Source: a virus
Lineage: Duplodnaviria > Caudoviricetes
Length of the DNA: 64,000 bases
Direction: 5' to 3' (one strand)
Virus record (IMG/VR): IMGVR_UViG_3300037424_000485
Location: 32,001 to 96,000 of that record
The translations under genes and the position numbers were made by a program. Within the stretch, counting starts at the first letter, position 1. The number at the start of each line of letters is the position of its first letter. A model generated the notes under the pieces. The model was given only the letters and a program-made list of their open reading frames with translations, had not been told where the DNA came from and ran no database searches. Shown in pieces: positions 1 to 8,705 of the stretch.

Positions 1-1
1 T

Positions 2-778
2 TGGATAAAAGACTGGGAGGTCGAAGAGACTAAAACAATTACTGATATCAACGGGAATGAAGTAAAAGATTATAGACGAAAATGGAATGTGTTACAATCT
101 TATATAAAAACATCTGTAGGTCAGATTGAACATAGAATATATGCTAGAGATTGTGAGATTAGAGAGGTTCCTAATAAAGAACTAAGACCTTTTTTAGTGA
201 CAAATTGTTTTTATGGATATCGCAGTGCAACAAAAAATCTAGGGCTGTATCTGAAGAAAGATAAGAACGGTATTGAGAAAGGAACATTAATGATGGTCTA
301 TACATTCGGACATCCTTTCTATGGAAAAAATCTATATGATGTTGAGGTTATTAGGGTAGGTACTAAATTATTTTGTCAAGTAATAGGTGGTGCAAGTAAA
401 TTGCTGAAGCACTTCTTGGTTAATAATCCGACAATAACATATAATAAAAAAGAAAGAGATGTCAATGATATTGTTTTTATAGTTGATGCTGATCATAATG
501 ATGGCGGCTCTTTAGTTACATTAGGATTTGAATTTGTGAGCCATAAAGGAGCTGGATTTATGAATGTAAACATGACTACCGGAGAGGTTTTTCACCGGAA
601 ACCTATGCAACACAAACAAATTATGGAAAAAATGGCAAAAGGTGAGATATATAGTGTTGCGAATGCTGGTAGTATTATATATAAATTGGATAGAAAATCA
701 TATATGTTAGAGCACAATATTGAAGAAGTCGAAAAACCAGTAAAAGCAGATTGTTTTGATAAATGGTTTGGTACATGA
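2..778 (+). CDS. Hef-like homing endonuclease (PD-(D/E)XK plus GNAT-like C-terminal domain), 5'-partial
   Basis: Frame is open back to the window edge (WIKDWEVEE...). It contains IYARDCEIREV, FL..N...GY, IGGASKLLKHF and GF motifs typical of T4 Hef-like proteins. Confidence 0.65.
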   Translation, partial: WIKDWEVEETKTITDINGNEVKDYRRKWNVLQSYIKTSVGQIEHRIYARDCEIREVPNKELRPFLVTNCFYGYRSATKNLGLYLKKDKNGIEKGTLMMVYTFGHPFYGKNLYDVEVIRVGTKLFCQVIGGASKLLKHFLVNNPTITYNKKERDVNDIVFIVDADHNDGGSLVTLGFEFVSHKGAGFMNVNMTTGEVFHRKPMQHKQIMEKMAKGEIYSVANAGSIIYKLDRKSYMLEHNIEEVEKPVKADCFDKWFGT

Positions 779-1650
779 TAGAAAAGACTAAAATTTTTAA
801 TAAACAATGTACCAAATGTAAAGAAATTAAGGATGTTGGTGAATTCTATAAAAAGAAAAATGGTTATTATGACTCTTGGTGTGATGTATGTAGAAAACAA
901 AAAAGAAATTATATAGAACTAAATACACTAGGTAGTAAACAATGCCAAATATGTAAAGAATTTAAGGATATTAAAGAGTATGGAAGAGCGAACACATGTA
1001 AAGATGGTTATAGAAATATTTGTAAAGAATGTATAGGTTTATATAAAAAACAATATCATATCAGAAATAAAAAACAGATACATGAAAAAAAGAAACAGTA
1101 TAGTATAGATAACAAGAAAAGATTATCAAAGTATAAAAAGTTATACTACTCTTCTCATGCTTCATACGAAACATATGCTCATCAATTAACAATAGATGAA
1201 GAGCCTAGATTAGCTGATGATGGCGTGTCACTTGAAGTTAGATGCAAATATTGTGGTAAATATTTTAAACCTAAAAATTTACAAATAATACATCGAATTA
1301 ATAGTATTGACGGGAAGGGAGAGGGAGAAAACAATTTATATTGTTCAGATAATTGCAAAAATTCATGTTCTATATACAATAGAAGTAAATACCCTAAAGG
1401 TTTCAAACCAGATACATCAAGAGAAGTACAACCGGCTTTAAGAAAGCTTGTATTGGAAAGAGATAATTGGACATGTCAGAAATGTGGTAATTCTACCGAT
1501 GATTACCCACTACACTGTCATCACTTTGAAGGTATTGAGATCAATCCTGTTGAGAGTGCTGATGTTGATAATTGTGTTACACTATGCAAAAAATGCCATA
1601 AAGCAGTACATAAACAAGATGGATGTAATATGAAAAGGGAAAGATGTTAG
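763..1650 (+). CDS. HNH homing endonuclease, paralogue family copy 1 (CxxC zinc-finger N-terminus)
   Basis: C-terminal REVQPALRKLVLERDNWTCQKC...HCHHFEGIEINPVESADVDNCVTLCKKCH HNH module. N-terminal KQCTKC/KQCQIC repeats. Confidence 0.85.
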   Translation: MVWYMIEKTKIFNKQCTKCKEIKDVGEFYKKKNGYYDSWCDVCRKQKRNYIELNTLGSKQCQICKEFKDIKEYGRANTCKDGYRNICKECIGLYKKQYHIRNKKQIHEKKKQYSIDNKKRLSKYKKLYYSSHASYETYAHQLTIDEEPRLADDGVSLEVRCKYCGKYFKPKNLQIIHRINSIDGKGEGENNLYCSDNCKNSCSIYNRSKYPKGFKPDTSREVQPALRKLVLERDNWTCQKCGNSTDDYPLHCHHFEGIEINPVESADVDNCVTLCKKCHKAVHKQDGCNMKRERC

Positions 1651-1688
1651 ATTTTCTTAACTATATATACAAATAAGGATCTAGTACA

Positions 1689-2195
1689 ATGCAATATTCA
1701 TTCGACAACAAAAATTTTCACAACACACCATATGATGCTTTTTTATCTCACAAAAGTTATATTATTTATTGTAGTAATGGCGAACAATATAATATTAATT
1801 ATTTTTTAAGAGACTTTGCTAGATGGTGCGCCTTACAAGTCTTACACTTATGGGATGCTCCCGATATTGTTGTTGAATATCTTAAAACAGGTAATGAAGA
1901 TTTAAGAAAAAAAGCTAAACACGATGCTTTAGCAGTTGCTAATGCTGCTGCTTATGCTGCTTATGCTGCTAATGATGCTGCTAATGCTGATGCTTATGCT
2001 GCTTATGCTGCTAATGCTGCTGCTTATGCTGCTTATGCTGCTAATGATGCTGCTAATGCTGCTGCTTATGCTGCTTATGCTGCTAATGATGCTGCTAATG
2101 CTGCTAATGATGTTAAAGAAAAACAAAGAAATAAATTTAACGAATTTATTAATAATATAATTGACTATATTCCAAAAGAGCTGTTTGAAATGTGA
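1689..2195 (+). CDS. Hypothetical protein with Ala-rich repeat and C-terminal IPKELFEM tag
   Basis: RBS-like AAGGA upstream. AAYAAYAANDAAN repeats. Ends YIPKELFEM. Confidence 0.8.
   Translation: MQYSFDNKNFHNTPYDAFLSHKSYIIYCSNGEQYNINYFLRDFARWCALQVLHLWDAPDIVVEYLKTGNEDLRKKAKHDALAVANAAAYAAYAANDAANADAYAAYAANAAAYAAYAANDAANAAAYAAYAANDAANAANDVKEKQRNKFNEFINNIIDYIPKELFEM
1938..2110 (+). repeat. GCT-based low-complexity coding tandem repeat (AAY/AAN/DAAN units)
   Basis: Repeated gctgcttat, gctgctaat and gatgctgct units seen directly. Confidence 0.95.
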
Positions 2196-2202
2196 TATTT
2201 TC

Positions 2203-2231
2203 TTGACTAGATCCTGGAAAAGTTTTATAAT
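2203..2231 (+). promoter_or_regulatory. sigma70-type early promoter
   Basis: TTGACT-17 nt-TATAAT upstream of the CCA gene. Confidence 0.75.
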
Positions 2232-2267
2232 ATATTAAAGATTAATTCAAACAAATAGGTATAGTAA

Positions 2268-3716
2268 ATGAAATTTATACAGTATATAAATGAATCCTCA
2301 GATGTAGATATCAAGAAAAGATGGGCTGATTATATCAAATCTGATCTCATGATTAAGAATGGTGTGGATATCCTTAGAAAAATTAACTCTAAAGGATATG
2401 ATGCTTTTATTGTTGGCGGTGCTGTTCGTGATCTCATCCTTGGTGATAAACCTCATGATATAGATATATCTACCAATTGTCCTATGGATGTTCTTGAGAA
2501 GATGTTCAAGACATATGATATCGGCAAATCCAAAACATTTGGTATTGTTGCTGTTAATCAAGGCGGTAATACTTATGAGATAGCTCAATTTAGAAATGAG
2601 AGTGATTATTCAAACGGTAGACACCCTGATACTATCAAAATAGTTAAAGATTTTAAATCAGATGCTGCACGTAGGGATTTAACCATCAATGCAATGGCTG
2701 TAGATGCTGATGGTAATATTATAGATCATTTCAACGGTAAGAGAGCTGTTTTCGATAAGGTAATCAAAACTGTTGGTAATCCTAATGATAGATTCCAAGA
2801 AGACCACCTCAGAATGATGAGGGCTGTACGTTTTTCTGGCAAGTTGGGGTTTGACATTGATGTTGAAACTAAAGATTCTATCAAGAAAAACAAAGACCTT
2901 ATCAAGAACATCTCTATTGAGAGAGTTAAAGATGAGCTTATTAAGATGGCATCCCAAGAAGGTAATAAATTTGCAGATAGCATTTTGATGTTGGATGAAG
3001 TTGGCATTCTTGATATCATCCTTCCAGAGATTACTAAATTAAAGCAGTTCAAAGAGACTGAGAGGCACCATCCTGAAGCATATGAGAATGGGGGAGGTAC
3101 TGTATTCGATCATACCATTGCAGCTCTTAGAATGAATAAATTGATAGATCCTCTTGTTAATTTGGGTGTGTTGTTTCATGACATTGGCAAGCAATCTACA
3201 TATAAATGGGATTCTGATAAAGATTCTCATTCTTACCATGGACATGCTAAAGAGGGTAAAGACCTTATTGATATTATAGCTAAGAGGCTGAAGTTATCAA
3301 ATAAAGAGTATGATTCTATCTTGTTTTCTATGGTAAATCACATGAGTCTGTTTAATGGCATTGATATGAAGCCATCGAAAATTATAAAACTGGTTAAAGA
3401 TGAAAACTGGAATATCTTAGTTCAAGTAAGTTACTGTGATGACAGTTGCAGGACTAACCTTTTTGACAAAAAAACATTTGACAGCACCATTGATAATATG
3501 ATTTCTATTGCTAATAAATGGGGTGATAAGATCTCTGGGACTACTGTTAAAGTTATCGATGGTAAACAGGTTATGAAATTAACTGGTATAAAACAAGGGA
3601 AACAGATTGGAGAAATAATCAGTACGGTTACTGATATTGTTCTCAGAAATGGTATTAAAAATCAAAAAGATATAAATACACTTATAATGAAAGTCTTTAA
3701 TGACATGGAGAAATAA
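2268..3716 (+). CDS. cca: Class II CCA tRNA nucleotidyltransferase with HD domain
   Basis: VGGAVRD..G..PHDIDI (DxD), RRDLTINAM, F.ED.LRM.RA.RF and FHDIGK HD motifs. Confidence 0.9.
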   Translation: MKFIQYINESSDVDIKKRWADYIKSDLMIKNGVDILRKINSKGYDAFIVGGAVRDLILGDKPHDIDISTNCPMDVLEKMFKTYDIGKSKTFGIVAVNQGGNTYEIAQFRNESDYSNGRHPDTIKIVKDFKSDAARRDLTINAMAVDADGNIIDHFNGKRAVFDKVIKTVGNPNDRFQEDHLRMMRAVRFSGKLGFDIDVETKDSIKKNKDLIKNISIERVKDELIKMASQEGNKFADSILMLDEVGILDIILPEITKLKQFKETERHHPEAYENGGGTVFDHTIAALRMNKLIDPLVNLGVLFHDIGKQSTYKWDSDKDSHSYHGHAKEGKDLIDIIAKRLKLSNKEYDSILFSMVNHMSLFNGIDMKPSKIIKLVKDENWNILVQVSYCDDSCRTNLFDKKTFDSTIDNMISIANKWGDKISGTTVKVIDGKQVMKLTGIKQGKQIGEIISTVTDIVLRNGIKNQKDINTLIMKVFNDMEK

Positions 3717-3717
3717 A

Positions 3718-4092
3718 ATGAAAGATTTAGTAGATAAATATTTGGTTAGTGAGGCCGCTGCTGATAAAGCAGCTGCAAAAGAGTTAGAACTGTATATTTC
3801 TAATGATAGTACACTTTACAGACAACAAACAGTTACTATTCAGAAGAACCTTATGACTAAGAAAGCACAAGGTAAATATGATTCTGAGATGTCTGTGAAG
3901 CTATGGATGTACTTGATGGATGCTGGTGCAAAGAAGTATGCAAAAGACCATGCAAATCCTAACGACTGGAATACCATCTTTACAAAAGAAACTCGTATCG
4001 AAGCAGCAAAAATGTTTAGAGATGAGTTTGAGGAAAATGCAGAAAATGGTGAATATGATAAATATATTCCTAAAAAGTATCAAAATAAATAA
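3718..4092 (+). CDS. Conserved phage hypothetical protein; capsid-targeting-like N-terminus
   Basis: Starts MKDLVDKYLVSEA immediately after the cca stop. ELELYISND.LYRQ...GKYD...LW.Y..DAGAKKY pattern. Confidence 0.7.
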   Translation: MKDLVDKYLVSEAAADKAAAKELELYISNDSTLYRQQTVTIQKNLMTKKAQGKYDSEMSVKLWMYLMDAGAKKYAKDHANPNDWNTIFTKETRIEAAKMFRDEFEENAENGEYDKYIPKKYQNK

Positions 4093-4103
4093 CACATAAA
4101 GCC

Positions 4104-4151
4104 AAATTATAAACCCTTTTATTATAAATAAGTATAAAGGGTTTATAATTT
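4104..4151. promoter_or_regulatory. 16-bp perfect inverted repeat whose loop contains a T4-type late promoter
   Basis: aaattataaacccttt (4104-4119) pairs with aaagggtttataattt (4136-4151). TATAAATA at 4123-4130. Confidence 0.8.
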
Positions 4152-4173
4152 AACAAAAAGGAATATAGCTACT

Positions 4174-4356
4174 ATGAAACTAAAGAATTTTATATCAGAG
4201 GCACAATTCCGTAAGGGTCAGAATGTAACTATTATCGATACTGGTGAGGCCGGATGTATAGTAAAGATTGGTTCAAATACCCAAATGGTTCAATTCTCTG
4301 ATGGTTCTACTAGACCTTTCGGAAATCATGAGCTTAAAGATCGTATGGTAAGCTAA
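4174..4356 (+). CDS. Small KOW/SH3-like protein; capsid-targeting-like N-terminus
   Basis: MKLKNFISEA then FRKGQNVTIIDTGE.G.IVKI. RBS AAGGA and a late promoter upstream. Confidence 0.65.
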   Translation: MKLKNFISEAQFRKGQNVTIIDTGEAGCIVKIGSNTQMVQFSDGSTRPFGNHELKDRMVS

Positions 4357-4468
4357 AAGAAATGATATATAATTAAATGCTGGCAGTAGCAAGATATCAA
4401 AAGATGCTGTTAAATCAGGAAGTCTTAAAGGCTATGAAAATACTGTAAAAGGCATCATAGATTACTAC

Positions 4469-4476
4469 TATAAATA
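4469..4476 (+). promoter_or_regulatory. T4-type late promoter
   Basis: TATAAATA ending 15 nt before the ATG at 4491. Confidence 0.65.
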
Positions 4477-4490
4477 TCTGGATAAATAAT

Positions 4491-4805
4491 ATGAGTTCAC
4501 TAGACAAGATAACATCTATACTGGAAGAAATAGACCTTATACACTCAAGACTTAATGAAAGTATATCTCCAAAAGAAAAACGAGAAATTAATGATATAAT
4601 CAATAAGAAGAAAAATGGAGATTTTATATTCAATAGTATAGATGTACATGTGAAGTCTAGCAGCAATGATGTAGTTTTATCATATAGCAGTGATGGAAAG
4701 ACGGATGATCTAACACTATCCCTTACTGATATAGCAGATGCACGTGGTCTTGAGTTTAAATTCACCACTAGTGGTAAGACCAATAATTTTAAAATACTAA
4801 CATAA
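4491..4805 (+). CDS. Hypothetical protein
   Basis: 104-aa ORF after a late promoter, co-oriented with neighbours. Confidence 0.65.
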   Translation: MSSLDKITSILEEIDLIHSRLNESISPKEKREINDIINKKKNGDFIFNSIDVHVKSSSNDVVLSYSSDGKTDDLTLSLTDIADARGLEFKFTTSGKTNNFKILT

Positions 4806-4810
4806 TAAAC

Positions 4811-5590
4811 ATGATTCCAAAAAGTAGATTAACTATACGAAAGATTATGCCAGAATTGGTTAAGATCCTAGACCAATATAATTGGGATGTGGATGATGCT
4901 AAATTTGCTATGATTCTGTCAATGGTTTTATATCCTGCGGATAATGTAAGATTTACACCAAAAGAAAGCGAACACTCTATTGAAATATATGTCAGTGGTA
5001 TTGTACAAACCTTCTTGAATAACTCCATAAGCCAGCAAAAAGATCAAATAATAAATAATCTCTTGGATGAGAAAAAGAACCCATTATATGTTGCTCTTGG
5101 AGTAATCCTTGACAAAGCATTTGAATGGCGTAAATATCTAGAGAAACTTAACATTCAAAGACCTATGCTTTTTGATACTGATCATACAATTCAATTTCAA
5201 TTAGATATGAATATTGATGATTATATCGAAATGGCTGTAAATGAGACACTAGAATACGATTACACGGACATTTACGATATATATGGTGTCTTCCTACCTA
5301 AAATGGAAAAAACCGTTAGAAGTGAAGTAGGTGACGTTATTGAGGGCAGTGATTTTGATCAAGCACCAGAGCCTGAAAAAAAGAATAATGAGAAGCCAGA
5401 GTCAGAGAATTTTGATTATATCCAATGGAAGACAGATCGTAAGAAATCAAGAGAGCAGGAAGACAAGTTAAAAGTACATGATGACTTAAATCCTGGTGAG
5501 GATATAGTACCTGAAAATCCAGACCAGGAATCTAAAGTAGAAACCCCACCAAATAAAGCTAAGAAAAGAAAACTAAAAAAGAAGAAATAA
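4811..5590 (+). CDS. Hypothetical protein with acidic/Pro-rich region and basic C-terminal tail
   Basis: 259-aa ORF. TAATG stop/start coupling to the next gene. Confidence 0.75.
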   Translation: MIPKSRLTIRKIMPELVKILDQYNWDVDDAKFAMILSMVLYPADNVRFTPKESEHSIEIYVSGIVQTFLNNSISQQKDQIINNLLDEKKNPLYVALGVILDKAFEWRKYLEKLNIQRPMLFDTDHTIQFQLDMNIDDYIEMAVNETLEYDYTDIYDIYGVFLPKMEKTVRSEVGDVIEGSDFDQAPEPEKKNNEKPESENFDYIQWKTDRKKSREQEDKLKVHDDLNPGEDIVPENPDQESKVETPPNKAKKRKLKKKK

Positions 5591-5901
5591 TGAAAGATTT
5601 AGTAGAAAAATATTTAAATAGTGTAGATATAAATGAAGCAAGGACAAATCCAGATGACTATCTTAAAAACTTTATAGTTATTGGAAAGCAAGTTTTTCTA
5701 GCTATAGATGTTATTACAGCTGAAAATAATGGATGGAGAGCAGAAGTTGGTATATCACAGAGTGGTATGGTTATTGAAGATCCAAAATATACTTTTAAAT
5801 CTAGTTGGTTTAGCACTTTTGAACAAGCAGAGAAGGCGGCCTTGGGAATGGCAAAAGATATGAAAGTAAATTGGAATCCAAAACCATATGGTAGACGGTA
5901 A
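5590..5901 (+). CDS. Hypothetical protein; N-terminus paralogous to 3718 ORF
   Basis: MKDLVEKYLNSVDINEA versus MKDLVDKYLVSEA. Confidence 0.7.
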   Translation: MKDLVEKYLNSVDINEARTNPDDYLKNFIVIGKQVFLAIDVITAENNGWRAEVGISQSGMVIEDPKYTFKSSWFSTFEQAEKAALGMAKDMKVNWNPKPYGRR

Positions 5902-5911
5902 GTAAAAAATA

Positions 5912-6340
5912 ATGACTAAACCAGCATTTATCAACACAATTAAAGTAGAGTGGGATGCAAAAGATCCACGTGCTATGATTCTTCTTGAAGATGTGAGATT
6001 TATAGATGGACATGGTAAAACATGGATTGCTACGAAAGACTCTAGAATAGATGGTGCTAGTATACCTAAACTTTTATGGAGTTTAGTTGGATCTCCATTT
6101 ATTGGTATGTACAGACGTGCAAGTGTTATCCATGATGTATATTGTGTGAGTAGAACAGAGCCATGGGAAAAGGTACATAAGATGTTTTATGATGCTATGA
6201 TTACCGATGGGGTTTTAGAGAGTAAGGCAAAGATTATATACAAATCTATAATGGAACATGGGCCTAAATGGGATAAGAATGGTAAGACCATCACAGCCTT
6301 GGATATTGGAAATATAGATAAAAATTATGATTTGTTATAG
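5912..6340 (+). CDS. DUF1353-like protein
   Basis: DGASIPKLLWSLVGSPF.G.YRRASVIHDVYC motif. Confidence 0.8.
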   Translation: MTKPAFINTIKVEWDAKDPRAMILLEDVRFIDGHGKTWIATKDSRIDGASIPKLLWSLVGSPFIGMYRRASVIHDVYCVSRTEPWEKVHKMFYDAMITDGVLESKAKIIYKSIMEHGPKWDKNGKTITALDIGNIDKNYDLL

Positions 6341-6341
6341 G

Positions 6342-6623
6342 TTAAGAGAAATCAAAAAAAGGATTTGATTTTTGTTCTTTTAATATCTGTACCAATACAT
6401 CACCATGACATGCTTTAGGAGAACAATAGCATCCAAGTCTCTTTCCCTCTAGCTCATGGATTTGAGACATCAGCTCTTTGTTATTACGTATATATTCGTT
6501 ATACTTCTTAATAACCTCCGCTCTTGTACCATCAGGGCCTATATGAAATGGATTACCCCAAATTGATCCCCTTCCAATATAGATATCATAAGGCTCTTTG
6601 TTTAAGTTAACTACTTTTGACAT
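6342..6623 (-). CDS. DUF4326 family protein
   Basis: YDIYIGRGSIWGNPF...LEGKRLGCYCSPKACHGDVL motif. Confidence 0.85.
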   Translation of the reverse strand: MSKVVNLNKEPYDIYIGRGSIWGNPFHIGPDGTRAEVIKKYNEYIRNNKELMSQIHELEGKRLGCYCSPKACHGDVLVQILKEQKSNPFFDFS

Positions 6624-6684
6624 TCTGTTCTCTCGTTTGAAATTAATTGCAATACTACAGTTGATCTATTTAGAAAAAGTCAAC

Positions 6685-6737
6685 AAAAAAGGTGATTTAG
6701 GTACAGTCGATAATTAGACTGTCTAAATCACCTTTTT
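6685..6737. terminator. Long hairpin with A/T tails (probable intrinsic terminator)
   Basis: aaaaaaggtgatttag..acagtc pairs with gactgt-ctaaatcaccttttt. Confidence 0.7.
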
Positions 6738-6901
6738 AGGGAAGCATTAATACCTCTTGGTGTGAAGAAACCATACAATAAAACAAAAAACATATGGATG
6801 GTTATCAAACCTTCAGGGTCTTATGTCCTTTGTGTAGGTATTGCCCTTACTGTTCATCCATTTTAGGGTACTTGACTTAGAAGCCGTTCTCCCGTTTTGA
6901 T
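6685..6901 (-). ncRNA. Candidate ~200-nt structured non-coding RNA
   Basis: Lies between a sigma70 promoter (6908-6936) and a terminator hairpin. No credible ORF. Nested long-range complementarity. Confidence 0.45.
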
Positions 6902-6907
6902 ATTAAT

Positions 6908-6936
6908 AATATAAACCATTTTGAATATAATGTCAA
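6908..6936 (-). promoter_or_regulatory. sigma70-type promoter
   Basis: Reverse strand TTGACA-17 nt-TATATT. Confidence 0.65.
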
Positions 6937-6943
6937 TGTTTTT

Positions 6944-7318
6944 TTATAATCTAAATAATTCATCTGGTAAGACATATCTACTCTCATGAGTTTTTATATA
7001 ATATCTACGTAGGCCATTCGTTTCATAATACATCGATCTGTTAGCATCTATATGAATAGACAATACATCTATTACATTATTATCATATCTGGTATATTGT
7101 GCTATTCCAAGCCCTATTGCCTTTATAACTATAACTATATCTTTAACAGTCTTATCTACAAATACTGGAATATAGTAAGCACCATCTATTTGGCCTTCCT
7201 GTATAAGTCTGGTCGATTCAGTTTCAAACCCCTCTGAATCATATACAGAGTAATACGCATCTGGATCTCCTCTAAGAACCTCGCAAAAAGTAAGTGTAAA
7301 TGAATTGGTATCTGACAT
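6944..7318 (-). CDS. Hypothetical protein with C-terminal LPDELFRL tag
   Basis: 124-aa ORF ending YVLPDELFRL. Confidence 0.75.
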   Translation of the reverse strand: MSDTNSFTLTFCEVLRGDPDAYYSVYDSEGFETESTRLIQEGQIDGAYYIPVFVDKTVKDIVIVIKAIGLGIAQYTRYDNNVIDVLSIHIDANRSMYYETNGLRRYYIKTHESRYVLPDELFRL

Positions 7319-7321
7319 ATT

Positions 7322-7732
7322 TTATTTCTCCATATCAAATAGATGGTCAGGTAAGATGTCAATGTTTTTCTTATACATTGTCTTTGAAAGAATCATTTCT
7401 TCACCATCAAAATATGTAAGAGATGACCTTTGAGGATCTTCTGACCAACCACCATCTCTTATTACTTGTCTAAAATCACAATATGTTATTGATCCTTGTA
7501 TATGAGTATATCGATGGTCTGGATTAGCATGAAACCCTCTTGTATCTATAATAGGTAATCCATCTATATCATAATAGGCAGGAATTTCTAATCTACTATA
7601 TCTTGGGTCTGGATTAGCATGAAACCCTCTTGTATCTATAATAGGTAATCCATCTATATCATAATAGGCAGGAATTTCTAATCTACTCAATTCGCTCACA
7701 TCCCATATATATTCTTCATTTGTCCAGGCCAT
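7322..7732 (-). CDS. Hypothetical protein with 30-aa internal duplication and C-terminal LPDHLFDM tag
   Basis: SRLEIPAYYDIDGLPIIDTRGFHANPD occurs twice. Ends ILPDHLFDMEK. Confidence 0.75.
   Translation of the reverse strand: MAWTNEEYIWDVSELSRLEIPAYYDIDGLPIIDTRGFHANPDPRYSRLEIPAYYDIDGLPIIDTRGFHANPDHRYTHIQGSITYCDFRQVIRDGGWSEDPQRSSLTYFDGEEMILSKTMYKKNIDILPDHLFDMEK
7516..7687. repeat. 90-nt-period tandem duplication
   Basis: 7516-7597 is identical to 7606-7687. Confidence 0.95.
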
Positions 7733-7793
7733 TAATCCATCCTAAATAGTTCTTCTTGTATTGTATATTCATCATCTACATTTGTTTCTACAT

Positions 7794-8705
7794 TTAACAT
7801 CTTTCCCTTTTCATATTACAGCCATCTTGTTTATGTACTGCTTTATGGCATTTTTTGCATAGTGTAACACAATTATCAACATCAGCACTCTCAACAGGAT
7901 TGATCTCAATACCTTCAAAGTGATGACAGTGTAATTCTTTTGATGAATCACATTTTTGACATACCCAATTGTCTCTTTCTAATACAAGCTTTCTAAGTTG
8001 TGGTTGTACTTCTCTTGATGTTGATTTTTTATCATATCTATTATCATCTTTTGAATATACTTTTTGATAATATGTTCCACATGCGTTCTTACATCCATAA
8101 GAACAATAAAGGTTGCTCTCTCCATTAAGGTTCCCTTTTATTGATTGTATCTTTGATTGTACTGTAGATCTCGATGGGATAAACCATTTATTACAATACC
8201 AGCATCTAACCTCAAGAATATTTTCATCTATAACTGACCGTCTGCATTGAATACCGTATGGTTGAAGTGAGTAATATTGAGAGTTATATAATGGTATATT
8301 ATTCTTTTTATAACATTTACCATCACCAACACCACATTTATAACAACCCATCCCTCTTAGATGACTTATAGCTTTTTGTTCAAAAACTCCATGTATAGGA
8401 CATATAATTTTAACTTTGGTAAGACAGTCTGTATATTCAACTAATGAGTAATCATATCTATCACCATGTACATCTACACTACTATCTATAAAATCTTTTG
8501 TTGTTCTATATTTTCCAGAACATTTAGGACAATTTATTCCTCTTTTATGATGATATGGAGATTGTTCAAATACACCATGTATTAAACATATAATTTTAAC
8601 TTTAATATGAGATGTTATATATTCAACTAATGAGTAATCATACCTATCACCATGTATTAATCTACAATCAGCGATAAATCTATATGTTGTTAGTTTTCTT
8701 GACAT
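7794..8705 (-). CDS. HNH homing endonuclease, family copy 2 (DUF723-like HGDRYDYS repeats)
   Basis: Two HGDRYDYSLVEY...CPIHGVFEQ repeats plus the shared C-terminal HNH module. Confidence 0.85.
   Translation of the reverse strand: MSRKLTTYRFIADCRLIHGDRYDYSLVEYITSHIKVKIICLIHGVFEQSPYHHKRGINCPKCSGKYRTTKDFIDSSVDVHGDRYDYSLVEYTDCLTKVKIICPIHGVFEQKAISHLRGMGCYKCGVGDGKCYKKNNIPLYNSQYYSLQPYGIQCRRSVIDENILEVRCWYCNKWFIPSRSTVQSKIQSIKGNLNGESNLYCSYGCKNACGTYYQKVYSKDDNRYDKKSTSREVQPQLRKLVLERDNWVCQKCDSSKELHCHHFEGIEINPVESADVDNCVTLCKKCHKAVHKQDGCNMKRERC

Noticed and set aside
1929-2160. Leu/Met-rich and Ser/Ile-rich ORFs (1936-2160 +, 1929-2126 -)
   Set aside because: Shadow frames of the GCT repeat in the Ala-rich gene; no RBS or independent signal.
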